Of a stretch of 61,104 nucleotides of DNA, positions 40,394-49,772 are shown in pieces. Origin of the DNA: Candidatus Woesebacteria bacterium (GTDB lineage Bacteria > Patescibacteriota > Microgenomatia > UBA8517); NCBI GenBank assembly GCA_027347685.1, contig DAIEQM010000044.1:1-61104 (forward strand). Reading direction: 5' to 3'. Under the pieces are notes generated by a model that saw nothing but the letters and a program-made list of their open reading frames with translations, was not told where the DNA came from and did not search any database. Both the position numbers and the translations under genes were made by a program. The stretch's first letter is position 1. Every line of letters starts with the position of its first letter.

Positions 40394-41254
40394 ATGGCCC
40401 AAACAAAACGTGATTTTTATGAAGTTTTAGGAGTTTCAAAGTCAGCTACGGCTGATGAGCTCAAGCGTGCGTATCGAAAGCTTGCACTGGAGTGGCACCC
40501 GGACCGACACAAAGATGACAAAGAAACTGCAGAAGCCAAGTTTAAAGAAATAAACGAGGCATATCAGGTATTGTCTGAGCCCAGCAAACGTGCCACTTAT
40601 GATCAACATGGGCATGCTCCTTTTGCTCCCGGTGGTGGGGGTGGTGCTGGGAATCCTTTTGGAGGGGCAAACCCGTTTGGCGGATTTCAATATACCTATA
40701 CCCAAAATGGACAAGGTTCTCCCTTTGGAGATATGGGAGATCCGTTTGATATTTTTGAGCAATTTTTTGGTGGAGGATTTAGTAGAGCCCCTCAAAAACC
40801 TCGCTATGCAATAGCGATTGAATTTATGGAAGCCGTAAATGGTGTTGAAAAAAGCGTACAAATTGAAGGCAAGAAGCGGACCATTAAAATTCCAGAAGGT
40901 GTGGAAAATGGAAATCGAATAGAATTTGATGATTTTTCGCTCACGATTTCGGTGAAACCTTCAGCCGAATTTGAGCGACAAGGATCAGATATCTATGGGG
41001 TGGTAATTATTCCCTATTCCCTCGCAGTCATGGGAGGAAATATTGATGTAAAAACGGTACAAGGAGCAGTAAAGCTGAAAGTGCGTGCGGGCACACAAAG
41101 TGGAACCATGATGCGCCTTCGCGGAAAAGGGGTAAAGCATATACGGAGTTTTGGACATGGTGACCATTATGTACAAATAAAAGTTGAAATTCCTGAGCGC
41201 CTTACACGTGAACAACGTTCTCTTATAAATGAACTCAAAAAGGAAGGTCTGTAA
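40394..41254 (+). CDS. dnaJ: J-domain co-chaperone, class B (DnaJ/CbpA-like, no zinc-finger domain)
   Basis: DFYEVLGV...HPDR J-domain, Gly/Phe-rich region and two C-terminal beta domains. No CxxCxGxG repeats. Start at ATG 40394 (MAQTKRDFYE). Confidence 0.85.
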   Translation: MAQTKRDFYEVLGVSKSATADELKRAYRKLALEWHPDRHKDDKETAEAKFKEINEAYQVLSEPSKRATYDQHGHAPFAPGGGGGAGNPFGGANPFGGFQYTYTQNGQGSPFGDMGDPFDIFEQFFGGGFSRAPQKPRYAIAIEFMEAVNGVEKSVQIEGKKRTIKIPEGVENGNRIEFDDFSLTISVKPSAEFERQGSDIYGVVIIPYSLAVMGGNIDVKTVQGAVKLKVRAGTQSGTMMRLRGKGVKHIRSFGHGDHYVQIKVEIPERLTREQRSLINELKKEGL

Positions 41255-41312
41255 ACTTCAAAAAAAAGAGTATACTTTTGGCTAATAGGGACAGAAAAGG
41301 AAGGTCTCTCTT

Positions 41313-41546
41313 GTGATACCAATTTGGGTTTGGGTAGAAAATGGGATTGTGGTGAAGGCGGAGGTTTATTCTAATGGACGGAACAAGTCTTTAACTCATC
41401 TTTTGGGACGAAGTTTAGAATCTGCCGAAAAATCACTCCAAAAGAAAGATTGGATTCACAAATCTGGTCGTGATTTTTTTACAACCCCTGGAAACGGGGC
41501 CGCGTGTTTTGAATTCGAACCAAAGGCCGCTCCCGCTTATGCATAG
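41313..41546 (+). CDS. Hypothetical small protein
   Basis: GTG start preceded by AAGGAAGG. Followed by a terminator. Weakly similar to the next small ORF. Confidence 0.35.
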   Translation: MIPIWVWVENGIVVKAEVYSNGRNKSLTHLLGRSLESAEKSLQKKDWIHKSGRDFFTTPGNGAACFEFEPKAAPAYA

Positions 41547-41558
41547 TTTTTTTCTTTA

Positions 41559-41585
41559 AAAGAGGGTTGTCCCGCCCTCTTTTTA
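41559..41585 (+). terminator. Intrinsic terminator
   Basis: AGAGGG-ttgtcccg-CCCTCT followed by TTTT. Confidence 0.5.
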
Positions 41586-41633
41586 TTTCTGCTATTCTTC
41601 AATACCTAGGGTTTTAGTTTAAGGAGCTACAGT

Positions 41634-41849
41634 ATGACGGAGAAGCCTGATATCAACGTTATAATTCTGGAAGGAGGAATTGTAGTCGAGAATGCGTTCA
41701 ATGAAGCCTTCCCCGAGATAAAGGGAAACAAACTGACTCATGCGGTGAATGCACTGAGGTCATATGGATGGAGAGAAACCGATGAAATGATTGACCCAAT
41801 TACAAAGAGCGGCTGGGTTGCCTTTTCTAAGAACCCGATACCGCATTGA
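41634..41849 (+). CDS. Hypothetical small protein
   Basis: SD AAGGAG lies 7 nt upstream of the ATG. Followed by a strong bidirectional hairpin. Confidence 0.4.
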   Translation: MTEKPDINVIILEGGIVVENAFNEAFPEIKGNKLTHAVNALRSYGWRETDEMIDPITKSGWVAFSKNPIPH

Positions 41850-41853
41850 TATG

Positions 41854-41890
41854 AAAAGGGGGAGACAATGTGTCTCCCCCTTTATTTTTG
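41854..41890. terminator. Bidirectional intrinsic terminator
   Basis: AAAA-GGGGGAGACA-atg-TGTCTCCCCC-TTTATTTTT. Confidence 0.7.
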
Positions 41891-41891
41891 A

Positions 41892-42431
41892 CTATTTGAG
41901 AGTCTCCACGTTTAAGGAAAGTATGACTGGCATACTGTAGTTCTCCTCAATGGTGTTGTCATTCATGTGACCCGTGAGTGTTGTTGAAAAATTGGCAACA
42001 TCAACATTTACCCACAGATTAGACATGTCTGATTGATCCATCCCTATGGGAAACCAAATACTCTTAAGGATCGCAATTCGATATGGCTCACCACTTTTGT
42101 TGTTCGGTGGAATTCGTACCTGAAACAGTACCGAATGTCCACTCTGTGCATGCGATGTAGCGGTCTGTGGTCGCAGAAGCCGTGAGACCGGAACGATGCG
42201 TTCTCGACCTGCGGGCTCTTTTATGACAGCGCCGAGCTGTTTGGATTCTGTCACGGTGTATCGTTCAAATACTCCGGTGACCGTAATTCCTTCAGAAGCG
42301 CTTTTATAGCAAATCATGTCCCCAAACGATATCAATTTGGGTACTAAAAAATTCTGTGCACGATCAGCATCGCTCAAAACAACAGCTGGTACCAAAATTG
42401 TTTGCTCAGTCAGGGGTGTATTTTGATTCAC
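41892..42431 (-). CDS. Hypothetical protein (179 aa)
   Basis: Intact ORF with protein-like composition and no recognisable motif. Confidence 0.45.
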   Translation of the reverse strand: MNQNTPLTEQTILVPAVVLSDADRAQNFLVPKLISFGDMICYKSASEGITVTGVFERYTVTESKQLGAVIKEPAGRERIVPVSRLLRPQTATSHAQSGHSVLFQVRIPPNNKSGEPYRIAILKSIWFPIGMDQSDMSNLWVNVDVANFSTTLTGHMNDNTIEENYSMPVILSLNVETLK

Positions 42432-42517
42432 TTTTTCCTCCTCAGATCAAATACAAGACCTATATTTTACCACGTTTGACTTCAACGGTAAACTCTCCTA
42501 CAATACAGCTGTAATAG

Positions 42518-43651
42518 ATGGTTTTGGTGGGTAACAAGCCCGCCATTTTTTCTTTAAAACAAATGCAACAAACCGCACGAAATGAGTTCACACAAGCATT
42601 AAAAGCTCTTGTTCAAGAGCGTGGGCTTGATGTGCAAGTGATTTTGGATCTTCTTCGTGAAGCGTACGTTTCTGCGTACAAAAGGGACGCTCGGGACAGA
42701 GGCGAAGACACAGACTTAAGTGAATATGACGCGGAAATTGATCCTGGAACAGGGGAGGCAAAGATATTTGCATGGCCTCTTGAAAAGCCAGAAGAGCGGA
42801 AAGACGTTACTCCACCCGGCTTTGGTCGTATTGCTGCACAAACTGCAAAACAAGTAATTCATCAAAAAATTCGTGAGGCTGAGAAAACAGTCGTTATGGG
42901 TGAATTTGAAGGACGAGTTGGTGGAATTATTTCTGGAATGGTTCTTCGATTTGATGGTCCGAACGTTCGAGTTGATTTGGGAAAAACTGAGGCTATTATG
43001 CCTGCTGAAGAGCGCGTACCGACAGAGCGATTAAATTCGGGACAACGACTTTCTTTCCTTCTTAAAAATATTGAGGACAGTATTCGTGGAAAAAACATTA
43101 TTTTGTCTCGGGCGGACCCTGAATTTGTGAAGCAAATTTTTGCACGAGAAGTTCCTGAAATTGCTTCAGGTGCCGTTGAAATTAAACAAATTGCACGCGA
43201 AGCCGGAATTCGTACAAAGATTGCGGTATTTTCTTCACAACAAGGTGTTGACCCTGTTGGAAGTTGTGTCGGACAAAAAGGAGTGCGTGTGCAAGCAGTT
43301 ACCAACGAACTCGGTGGTGAGCGCATTGATATCATTCCGTATACCGAAAATGAAGAAGAATTTCTAAAGGCCACACTCGCTCCTGTTCAGGTCATTTCAT
43401 TGAAAATTGACAAAAAAGAAGGCGTTGCGACAATTGTCGTACCTGACGCAGAACTTTCTCTGGCTATTGGAAAAGAAGGACAAAATGTTCGACTCGCCAG
43501 TAAACTGAGCGGAATTCGCATTGAGGTGGAAGGAGACGGCAGCGGACCAAAAGAAGAAGAAAAAACAGAAACTCAAGAGGAAACTCCTGTTGAAGTAGTA
43601 GCAGAAGAACCAATTGTAACTGAGCACCAAGAAGCCCCTGACGCGGCCTAA
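42518..43651 (+). CDS. nusA: Transcription termination/antitermination factor NusA
   Basis: N-terminal domain, S1 (GEFEGRVGGIISGMV) and two KH domains (GSCVGQKGVRVQAV; IGKEGQNVRLASKL). TACAAT (42499-42504) lies 13 nt upstream. ATG 42563 is an alternative start. Confidence 0.9.
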   Translation: MVLVGNKPAIFSLKQMQQTARNEFTQALKALVQERGLDVQVILDLLREAYVSAYKRDARDRGEDTDLSEYDAEIDPGTGEAKIFAWPLEKPEERKDVTPPGFGRIAAQTAKQVIHQKIREAEKTVVMGEFEGRVGGIISGMVLRFDGPNVRVDLGKTEAIMPAEERVPTERLNSGQRLSFLLKNIEDSIRGKNIILSRADPEFVKQIFAREVPEIASGAVEIKQIAREAGIRTKIAVFSSQQGVDPVGSCVGQKGVRVQAVTNELGGERIDIIPYTENEEEFLKATLAPVQVISLKIDKKEGVATIVVPDAELSLAIGKEGQNVRLASKLSGIRIEVEGDGSGPKEEEKTETQEETPVEVVAEEPIVTEHQEAPDAA

Positions 43652-43681
43652 CTATGGTACTTACACTTTCCCATATTCACT

Positions 43682-45076
43682 ATGCAAACAAAACGACCTC
43701 CAATTGTAACCGTGCTTGGGCATGTTGACCACGGAAAAACTTCTTTACTCGACGCAATATTTAAAACGAACGTAACTGCTCGTGAAGCAGGTGGCATTAC
43801 TCAGAGTATTGGTGCCAGACAAATTGAAACTAAATTTGGGGTAATTACCTTCATAGACACTCCCGGACACGCGGCATTTTCTAAAATGCGCTCTCGTGGT
43901 GCAAGAGTTGCCGATATTGCGATTCTTGTTGTTGCCGCCGATGACGGAGTGATGCCTCAAACAAAAGAAGCACTCTCCTTGATTAAAGCAGCCCAAATTC
44001 CCTATATTGTGGCGCTTACAAAAGTGGATCTCGCTACGGCAAATGTGGAACGAGTTAAAGGGCAACTTGAGTCGGAAGGAGTTTTGTTTGAAGGACGCGG
44101 GGGAGATGTCCCCTCGATTGAGGTATCGGTGAAAAAGGAACAAGGAATCAGTGAACTTCTTGAGCTTATTTCCCTTGTCTCAGAGGTGACTGACATTGAA
44201 AGCTCAAATGACGGTAAACTTGAAGCCGTTGTTATTGAAGCAAACAAGGAACGACAAGGAGTGACGGCATCAGTTGTGGTGAGAAATGGTACCTTAGCCG
44301 TTGGAGATCAAATTAGTAGTGGTGAAGAAACCATTAAGATTCGTGGACTGTTTGATGACAATAACAAATCAGTGAAGTCAGTAAAACCTGGGAGCCCTGC
44401 TGTTATTTTAGGATTTACGGTACTTCCACAGGTAGGGGCTGAAATATATCGCCCATCTGAAGGAGCTCCTGTTAAACATACTCAAACTGCAATAGCTCAG
44501 AAAAAGACAAAGGTTCCCGAAGACGCTATTCGTATTATTTTGAAGTCTTCTTCAACCGGGTCTCTTGAAGCCCTTATTGCCATGCTTCCCGTGGGAGTAT
44601 TTGTGCAAGACTCAGCAGTTGGCGATGTAACTGAGGGTGACGTATTTTTAGCGAAAACAACCGGGAGTATCATTATTACCTTTGAAACAAAAACACCAAA
44701 TTCAATTTTGAAACTTGCTGAAAACGACAAGATTGAAATTCACTCCTTTAAAATTATTTATGAACTGATTAATTTCCTAGACATGCGCATTCATGCCGGG
44801 GATATTGTTGTTTTAGGTAAAGCCGAAATTTTAGGAATTTTCCCATTTGAAGATAAACAAGTTGCGGGAGTGAAGATTATGTCAGGAAAAATTACCGTTA
44901 AAGACACCATTATTGTCAGCCGAGGGGATACCGAGCTATTTCGTGCAAAAGTTGTTTCAATTAGAAAGCAAAAAGACCAAATTAATGAAGCCCGCGAGGG
45001 ACAAGAGTGTGGAATTATTTTTGAGCCTCAGAAAGATTTTCTTGTACGTGACAAGCTTACTGCTGTTAAAGCTTGA
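43682..45076 (+). CDS. infB: Translation initiation factor IF-2, core only (464 aa)
   Basis: Begins directly at the G domain ([20 protein letters not shown]; DTPGH; TKVD), followed by domain II and C1/C2 ([12 protein letters not shown]). Confidence 0.9.
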   Translation: MQTKRPPIVTVLGHVDHGKTSLLDAIFKTNVTAREAGGITQSIGARQIETKFGVITFIDTPGHAAFSKMRSRGARVADIAILVVAADDGVMPQTKEALSLIKAAQIPYIVALTKVDLATANVERVKGQLESEGVLFEGRGGDVPSIEVSVKKEQGISELLELISLVSEVTDIESSNDGKLEAVVIEANKERQGVTASVVVRNGTLAVGDQISSGEETIKIRGLFDDNNKSVKSVKPGSPAVILGFTVLPQVGAEIYRPSEGAPVKHTQTAIAQKKTKVPEDAIRIILKSSSTGSLEALIAMLPVGVFVQDSAVGDVTEGDVFLAKTTGSIIITFETKTPNSILKLAENDKIEIHSFKIIYELINFLDMRIHAGDIVVLGKAEILGIFPFEDKQVAGVKIMSGKITVKDTIIVSRGDTELFRAKVVSIRKQKDQINEAREGQECGIIFEPQKDFLVRDKLTAVKA

Positions 45077-45140
45077 ATTCACCGTCTCAAATAGGGAAGC
45101 TCTGTACATAGCTTCATTTGAATAAACTGCCCCTATACGC

Positions 45141-45146
45141 TATAAT
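45141..45146 (+). promoter_or_regulatory. -10 TATAAT, 7 nt upstream of ATG 45154 (leaderless-type)
   Basis: TATAATccgccaaATG. Confidence 0.45.
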
Positions 45147-45153
45147 CCGCCAA

Positions 45154-45981
45154 ATGACACCTGCACTCACCCAAGCTCTCCAAGACTCAAAATCGGTGTG
45201 TATTATGCTCCCTAAGTCTCCCTATCTTGATCAAGTTGCAGCCGCGTTGGGGCTTTTTTTGGCTCTTAAAGACAAAAACCCAACTATTTTTTGTGATACA
45301 CCAATGACGGTTGAATTTAATCGTCTTATTGGAGTGAATAAAATTAGTGCCAGTGTGGGAAATAAAAACCTCATTGTGAAACTTATTAATTATCCGCTGG
45401 CAAACGTAGAGCGCGTTAACTACGACGTCGATGGAAATGATTTGTTTTTGGCAGTGTTCCCTCAGCCCGGAGTCCTTCCTCCTACCAAAGACAACGTGCA
45501 AATTAGCTATTCAGGAGTTGCAGCTGATACGGTAATTTTAGTAGGGGGAGCAAATGAAACACATTTCCCACTGCTTTCTCAAAAAGACTTTTTGGAAATG
45601 AAGGTGGTTCATGTGGGTATCACCGATATTGCGCTCCCTGGAAGAACAATACTCTCACTCGCTAAGGCTGCTTCTTCTATTTCAGAAGTTGTTGCGGGCT
45701 ATTTGTTTGAAATGGATGCAGTAACAACCGATGACATCGCGACAAACCTTTTTATTGGACTCTCAGAGGGAACCAGAAATTTCACAACAAGCACGGTAAC
45801 TGCTCAAACATTTACGCTCGCAGGAAAGCTTTTGGAAAAAGGAGCGAGACGTGAACAAATGAAGGCTTTTGTGCCAAAGCCCACGCCAACTGTCCCTGCT
45901 CCGACAACTTCTCCTGCAAACCCCAATGTACCGAAGTCTTGGGTTGAACCCAAGATTTATAAAGGGACTTCTGTAAGTTAA
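45154..45981 (+). CDS. DHH-family (NrnA-like) protein with degenerate catalytic motifs
   Basis: Sits where nrnA often follows infB. ISEVVAGYLF...IATNLFIGLSEGTRNFT...AGKLLEKGA parallels the NrnA DHHA1-linker region, but the DxD, DHH and DTG motifs are replaced. Pro-rich C-terminus. Confidence 0.45.
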   Translation: MTPALTQALQDSKSVCIMLPKSPYLDQVAAALGLFLALKDKNPTIFCDTPMTVEFNRLIGVNKISASVGNKNLIVKLINYPLANVERVNYDVDGNDLFLAVFPQPGVLPPTKDNVQISYSGVAADTVILVGGANETHFPLLSQKDFLEMKVVHVGITDIALPGRTILSLAKAASSISEVVAGYLFEMDAVTTDDIATNLFIGLSEGTRNFTTSTVTAQTFTLAGKLLEKGARREQMKAFVPKPTPTVPAPTTSPANPNVPKSWVEPKIYKGTSVS

Positions 45982-46015
45982 AACTAAAAACACCATAAGT
46001 TGAAGGGATTTTGGA

Positions 46016-46357
46016 ATGGATGTCTTTCGTATTCTGGGTTGGTTGCTATTGAAGTTTGTTCCACACAGATTCTTTACGGTCATTGATGTGGAGAAGAAGT
46101 CACGGGATCAAATGCAAAAAGCCGTCGCTTTAGAATGGCCACGAGGAAGATTTCACTTCGTGTATTTGGTTGAGCTCTACCCCGGGAACAAATGGGTACC
46201 GGAGCCGTGGCAGGAAGAATATGTGCTGGGTCTGTACCGGTCTGCTGACGAGATATGGGACACAGTCGATACCGTGAGTCTGAATGTTTCGAAGCAACGA
46301 AAAACAGACGGGGATCGACATGTTATACCCGAATGGGTGTTCGTGTTGGTTCTATAA
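46016..46357 (+). CDS. Hypothetical protein (113 aa)
   Basis: Intact ORF followed by a hairpin terminator. No motif recognised. Confidence 0.35.
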   Translation: MDVFRILGWLLLKFVPHRFFTVIDVEKKSRDQMQKAVALEWPRGRFHFVYLVELYPGNKWVPEPWQEEYVLGLYRSADEIWDTVDTVSLNVSKQRKTDGDRHVIPEWVFVLVL

Positions 46358-46372
46358 ATCTTAAAGACGGAA

Positions 46373-46400
46373 GGGCGCTCATGTTGAGCGCCCATTTTTT
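46373..46400. terminator. Bidirectional hairpin
   Basis: GGGCGCTC-atgtt-GAGCGCCC followed by ATTTTTT. Confidence 0.6.
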
Positions 46401-46935
46401 ATGAATCCCAGTAAAACTCTGGATGTTTGAACGGGATGAATGCGCAAATGACGGCCGGCAGTGGATATGTTTCTCGCGTGAGTACATTGTCAGACACCAT
46501 GCCAATTGTTCCGTTTCCTTGCTTCAAGTTTTCCTTTCCAAAAAACTCATCGCTTGCCGGTCCAAACTCTGCGCCTTTGCGGATCATTGCAGCAATCTTT
46601 GGAGGAATGGTAAAACTGGCAGATCTGCTTTTACTTTCCCTTCCATCTTTGGCAACCACAAATATCCATGTGTATTCTTGCATGACACCGCCAAAGTCTT
46701 CCGTCCCTCCTTCAACACCAACCCAGAAATCAGCATCGGGACATGCTTCGCGCGAATGTCGCGCCCGATTTTTCGCCCCATTTAATGTTTGCTCACTGAC
46801 AATGGGCTGTTTTGAAATGCCCGAGGGGGCGTCGTACCCGACCACTTCTACATCCTCAAACGGAAAGAGTTCTCGAAACCCACGTTTAACGAGACTAATC
46901 TTAACTGGATTCATTGAACCAACTACTATTTTCAT
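46399..46935 (-). CDS. yjjX: Inosine/xanthosine triphosphatase (YjjX family NTPase)
   Basis: MKIVVGSMNPVK...SGISKQPIVSEQTLNGAKNRARH...DADFWVGVEGG...GTIGMVSDNVLTRE parallels YjjX. Confidence 0.8.
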   Translation of the reverse strand: MKIVVGSMNPVKISLVKRGFRELFPFEDVEVVGYDAPSGISKQPIVSEQTLNGAKNRARHSREACPDADFWVGVEGGTEDFGGVMQEYTWIFVVAKDGRESKSRSASFTIPPKIAAMIRKGAEFGPASDEFFGKENLKQGNGTIGMVSDNVLTRETYPLPAVICAFIPFKHPEFYWDS

Positions 46936-47109
46936 ATGTTCTCACTTTCCATACTTATTACGACTGCCTGATGGTAAGCGTCTTTGGTCACAAACGCAAT
47001 GTTTTGCATTTTGAGTGTGTCTCTGTTAAACTACGTTCTAGATGTTCACTTAGGTTCTCGGTTGCCAACCGATTACTTGAGAGATACATGACGACTTACC
47101 TAAAAATAT

Positions 47110-47376
47110 ATGGCATTATCACGAGATCAAAAACTCGAAATCATTCAAAAATTTGCACGAGAAAAGGGTGACACCGGTTCTCCTGAAGTGCAGATTGCGC
47201 TTCTTACCGCTCAAATCGAGCAGCTTGTAGGCCACTTGAAAGAACATAATAAAGATATTCACTCACGACGAGGACTTCTTTCTATGGTTGCAAAACGACG
47301 ACGACTTTTGAGTTACCTCTCTAAACATGATGTTGAACGATTTGAAAAAGTCCGTGTGGACTTGGGTCTCAAGTAA
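47110..47376 (+). CDS. rpsO: 30S ribosomal protein S15
   Basis: [51 protein letters not shown]. Confidence 0.95.
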   Translation: MALSRDQKLEIIQKFAREKGDTGSPEVQIALLTAQIEQLVGHLKEHNKDIHSRRGLLSMVAKRRRLLSYLSKHDVERFEKVRVDLGLK

Positions 47377-47391
47377 TGCTGTTAACTACTT

Positions 47392-47397
47392 TATAAT
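47392..47397 (+). promoter_or_regulatory. -10 TATAAT, 8 nt upstream of the pnp ATG
   Basis: TATAATtaataaaaATG. Confidence 0.4.
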
Positions 47398-47405
47398 TAA
47401 TAAAA

Positions 47406-49745
47406 ATGTCTGAAATCACAAAATCAATAGAAATTGCAGGTCGTACACTTACCCTCAAGACTGGCAAACTCGCTCCTCAAGCTGGAATTGCAGTTCTCGC
47501 TCAATATGGCGAAACAGTGGTACTTGTTACTGCAACTTCTGCTCCTCTTAAACAAGAACTCGATTATTTCCCTCTTTCAGTTGAATACCAAGAAAGACTC
47601 TATGCAGGAGGAAGAATTAAAGGTTCTCGTTGGGTAAAGCGTGAAGGCCGCCCCACAGACGAAGAAATTCTTTCAGGCCGCGTAATCGACCGCTCCATTC
47701 GCCCCTTATTCCCTAAAACATATAAAAAAGAAGTGCAAGTTATTGCAACGGTTATGTCGGTTGACCTGGAAAACGATCCAACAACAACCGCAGCTTTTGC
47801 AGTGTCAGCAGCACTCACTGCTTCAAACCTTCCATTTGGAGGCCCTGTTTCAGTGCTTTCTGTTGGACTCATTGATGGAAAATTTATTTTGAATCCAACC
47901 AACCTTCAGGAGAAAGATTCGCTTATGGACCTCACAGTTTCTGCAACAAAAGATGCCATTATTATGGTTGAAGCAGGAGCAAAAGAAGTCAGTGAAGATG
48001 ATGTAATCGGCGGAATTGAATTTGCTCAAAAAGAAAGTAAAAAATTGTTTGCATTCTTTAATGAATTTGCCAAAGAAGTTGGAAACAAAAAAGAAGAATA
48101 CACCGAAAAAGAAGCCCCAGCAGAGCTCGTTAAGAAAATTGAAAAAGCTGCAAAGGCAAAACTCCCAGCAGTTGTTGAATCCCTTTCAAAAGTTGAGAGT
48201 GGACGCTCAACAGAATTTGACGATTTAGTAACTGAACTTTCAGAAGGACTGGAAGACGAAGAGAAGTCATTTGTGTACGGAATTCTGGACCACATGAAGA
48301 AAGAATATTTGCGCGAAATGATTCTTTCAGGAAAACGCATTGATGGACGGAAGCTCGATGAAATTCGACCGCTTTCAAGTATGGTTGGAGTACTTCCACG
48401 AACTCACGGTTCAGCTCTTTTCCAAAGAGGAGCAACACAAGTGCTTACCGTAGCTACTATTGGTTCACTTTCAAACGGACAACTTTTGGAGTCGTCTGAA
48501 GGGGAAACTGAGAAAAACTACATCCACCATTATGTAATGCCTCCATTTTCAACGGGGGAAACAGGACGAGTTGGACAACCTGGACGACGAGAAATTGGAC
48601 ATGGAGCGCTCGCTGAACGCGCACTTCTCCCCGTTCTTCCTGATGAAAAAACATTCCCGTATGCCATCCGACTAGTTTCCGAAGTACTTTCAAGTAATGG
48701 CTCAACCTCTATGGCTTCGACATGTGGTTCGACACTCGCACTTATGGATTCAGGAGTACCAATTATTCGACCGGTTTCTGGTATCGCCATGGGACTCGTA
48801 ATTGAAAGTGACAAGCGATTTGCCGTGATGAGTGATATCGCGGGAATTGAAGACTTCAATGGAGATATGGACTTTAAAGTAACCGGAACTGAAAAAGGAA
48901 TTACCGGTCTTCAACTTGACGTTAAGACATTGAATCTTTCTGCAAAGATTCTTAAAGAAGCAATTGAGCAGGCTAAAGTTGGACGCGCGTTTATCTTAAA
49001 GCACATGCTTTCAACAATCGCTGAACCAAGAGCTGAAGTTTCAAAGTATGCACCAAAGGTTGTTACGATTCACATTGATCCATTGAAGATTGGAGAAGTA
49101 GTTGGACCTGGTGGCAAGAGCATTAAGAAGATTATTGCGGAAACAGGAGCACGAGTGGAGATTAGTGATGATGGATCAGTTGATATTTCAGCGGTAGACG
49201 CAGAGGCAGTTGATAAAGCAGTGAAATGGGTTGAGTCAATTGTAAAAGTTCCAATGCCTGGAGAAATTTATGAAGGAGAGGTTGTCAGAATTGAGCGATT
49301 TGGAGCATTTGTTGAAATTCTTCCTGGAAAAGACGGACTCGTGCATGTATCAGACATGTCAGAAGGATTTGTGAGTAACCCTGAAGACATTGTTTCCCTA
49401 AATCAAAAAGTAACCGTCAGAGTGAAAGAAGTTGATACGATGGGAAGAATCAACCTTTCGTTGAACCTCGACCCAGCAGTTGATCAAGCAAAACAAGAAC
49501 GATCTCGTGAAGGTGGAGACGGTGGACGAGGCGGAAACAGTGGAGGCGGATCATTTGAAAGACGGCCTCAACGAAGTTTTGACAGAGGTAACAGTCGAGG
49601 ACCACGACGAGACAATGGACCACGAACAGGAGCGCCGAGACGCGACTTCGGACGACGTGATCGCGAAGATGCAACTGGTGGACCTCATTTCCCCACAAGT
49701 CGCTTGGTGAGTTCAGAACCTACCCAAGGGCGATTTAATCGTTAA
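47406..49745 (+). CDS. pnp: Polyribonucleotide nucleotidyltransferase (PNPase) with an Arg/Gly-rich C-terminal extension
   Basis: Two RNase PH domains, KH (GPGGKSIKKI), S1 (GEIYEGEVVRIERFGAFVEI) and then an approximately 89-aa RG-rich tail. Confidence 0.95.
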   Translation: MSEITKSIEIAGRTLTLKTGKLAPQAGIAVLAQYGETVVLVTATSAPLKQELDYFPLSVEYQERLYAGGRIKGSRWVKREGRPTDEEILSGRVIDRSIRPLFPKTYKKEVQVIATVMSVDLENDPTTTAAFAVSAALTASNLPFGGPVSVLSVGLIDGKFILNPTNLQEKDSLMDLTVSATKDAIIMVEAGAKEVSEDDVIGGIEFAQKESKKLFAFFNEFAKEVGNKKEEYTEKEAPAELVKKIEKAAKAKLPAVVESLSKVESGRSTEFDDLVTELSEGLEDEEKSFVYGILDHMKKEYLREMILSGKRIDGRKLDEIRPLSSMVGVLPRTHGSALFQRGATQVLTVATIGSLSNGQLLESSEGETEKNYIHHYVMPPFSTGETGRVGQPGRREIGHGALAERALLPVLPDEKTFPYAIRLVSEVLSSNGSTSMASTCGSTLALMDSGVPIIRPVSGIAMGLVIESDKRFAVMSDIAGIEDFNGDMDFKVTGTEKGITGLQLDVKTLNLSAKILKEAIEQAKVGRAFILKHMLSTIAEPRAEVSKYAPKVVTIHIDPLKIGEVVGPGGKSIKKIIAETGARVEISDDGSVDISAVDAEAVDKAVKWVESIVKVPMPGEIYEGEVVRIERFGAFVEILPGKDGLVHVSDMSEGFVSNPEDIVSLNQKVTVRVKEVDTMGRINLSLNLDPAVDQAKQERSREGGDGGRGGNSGGGSFERRPQRSFDRGNSRGPRRDNGPRTGAPRRDFGRRDREDATGGPHFPTSRLVSSEPTQGRFNR

Positions 49746-49772
49746 GACCTACTTACAAACAGGAAGCGTGAT

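Noticed and set aside
42862-43374. 170-aa minus-strand ORF inside nusA.
   Set aside because: It is antisense to the conserved S1/KH domains of NusA, so it is a shadow ORF.
46427-47014. 195-aa plus-strand ORF (and the nested 120-aa ORF) overlapping yjjX.
   Set aside because: It is antisense to a gene with clear YjjX family motifs. The composition is Ser/Pro/Thr-rich and not protein-like.
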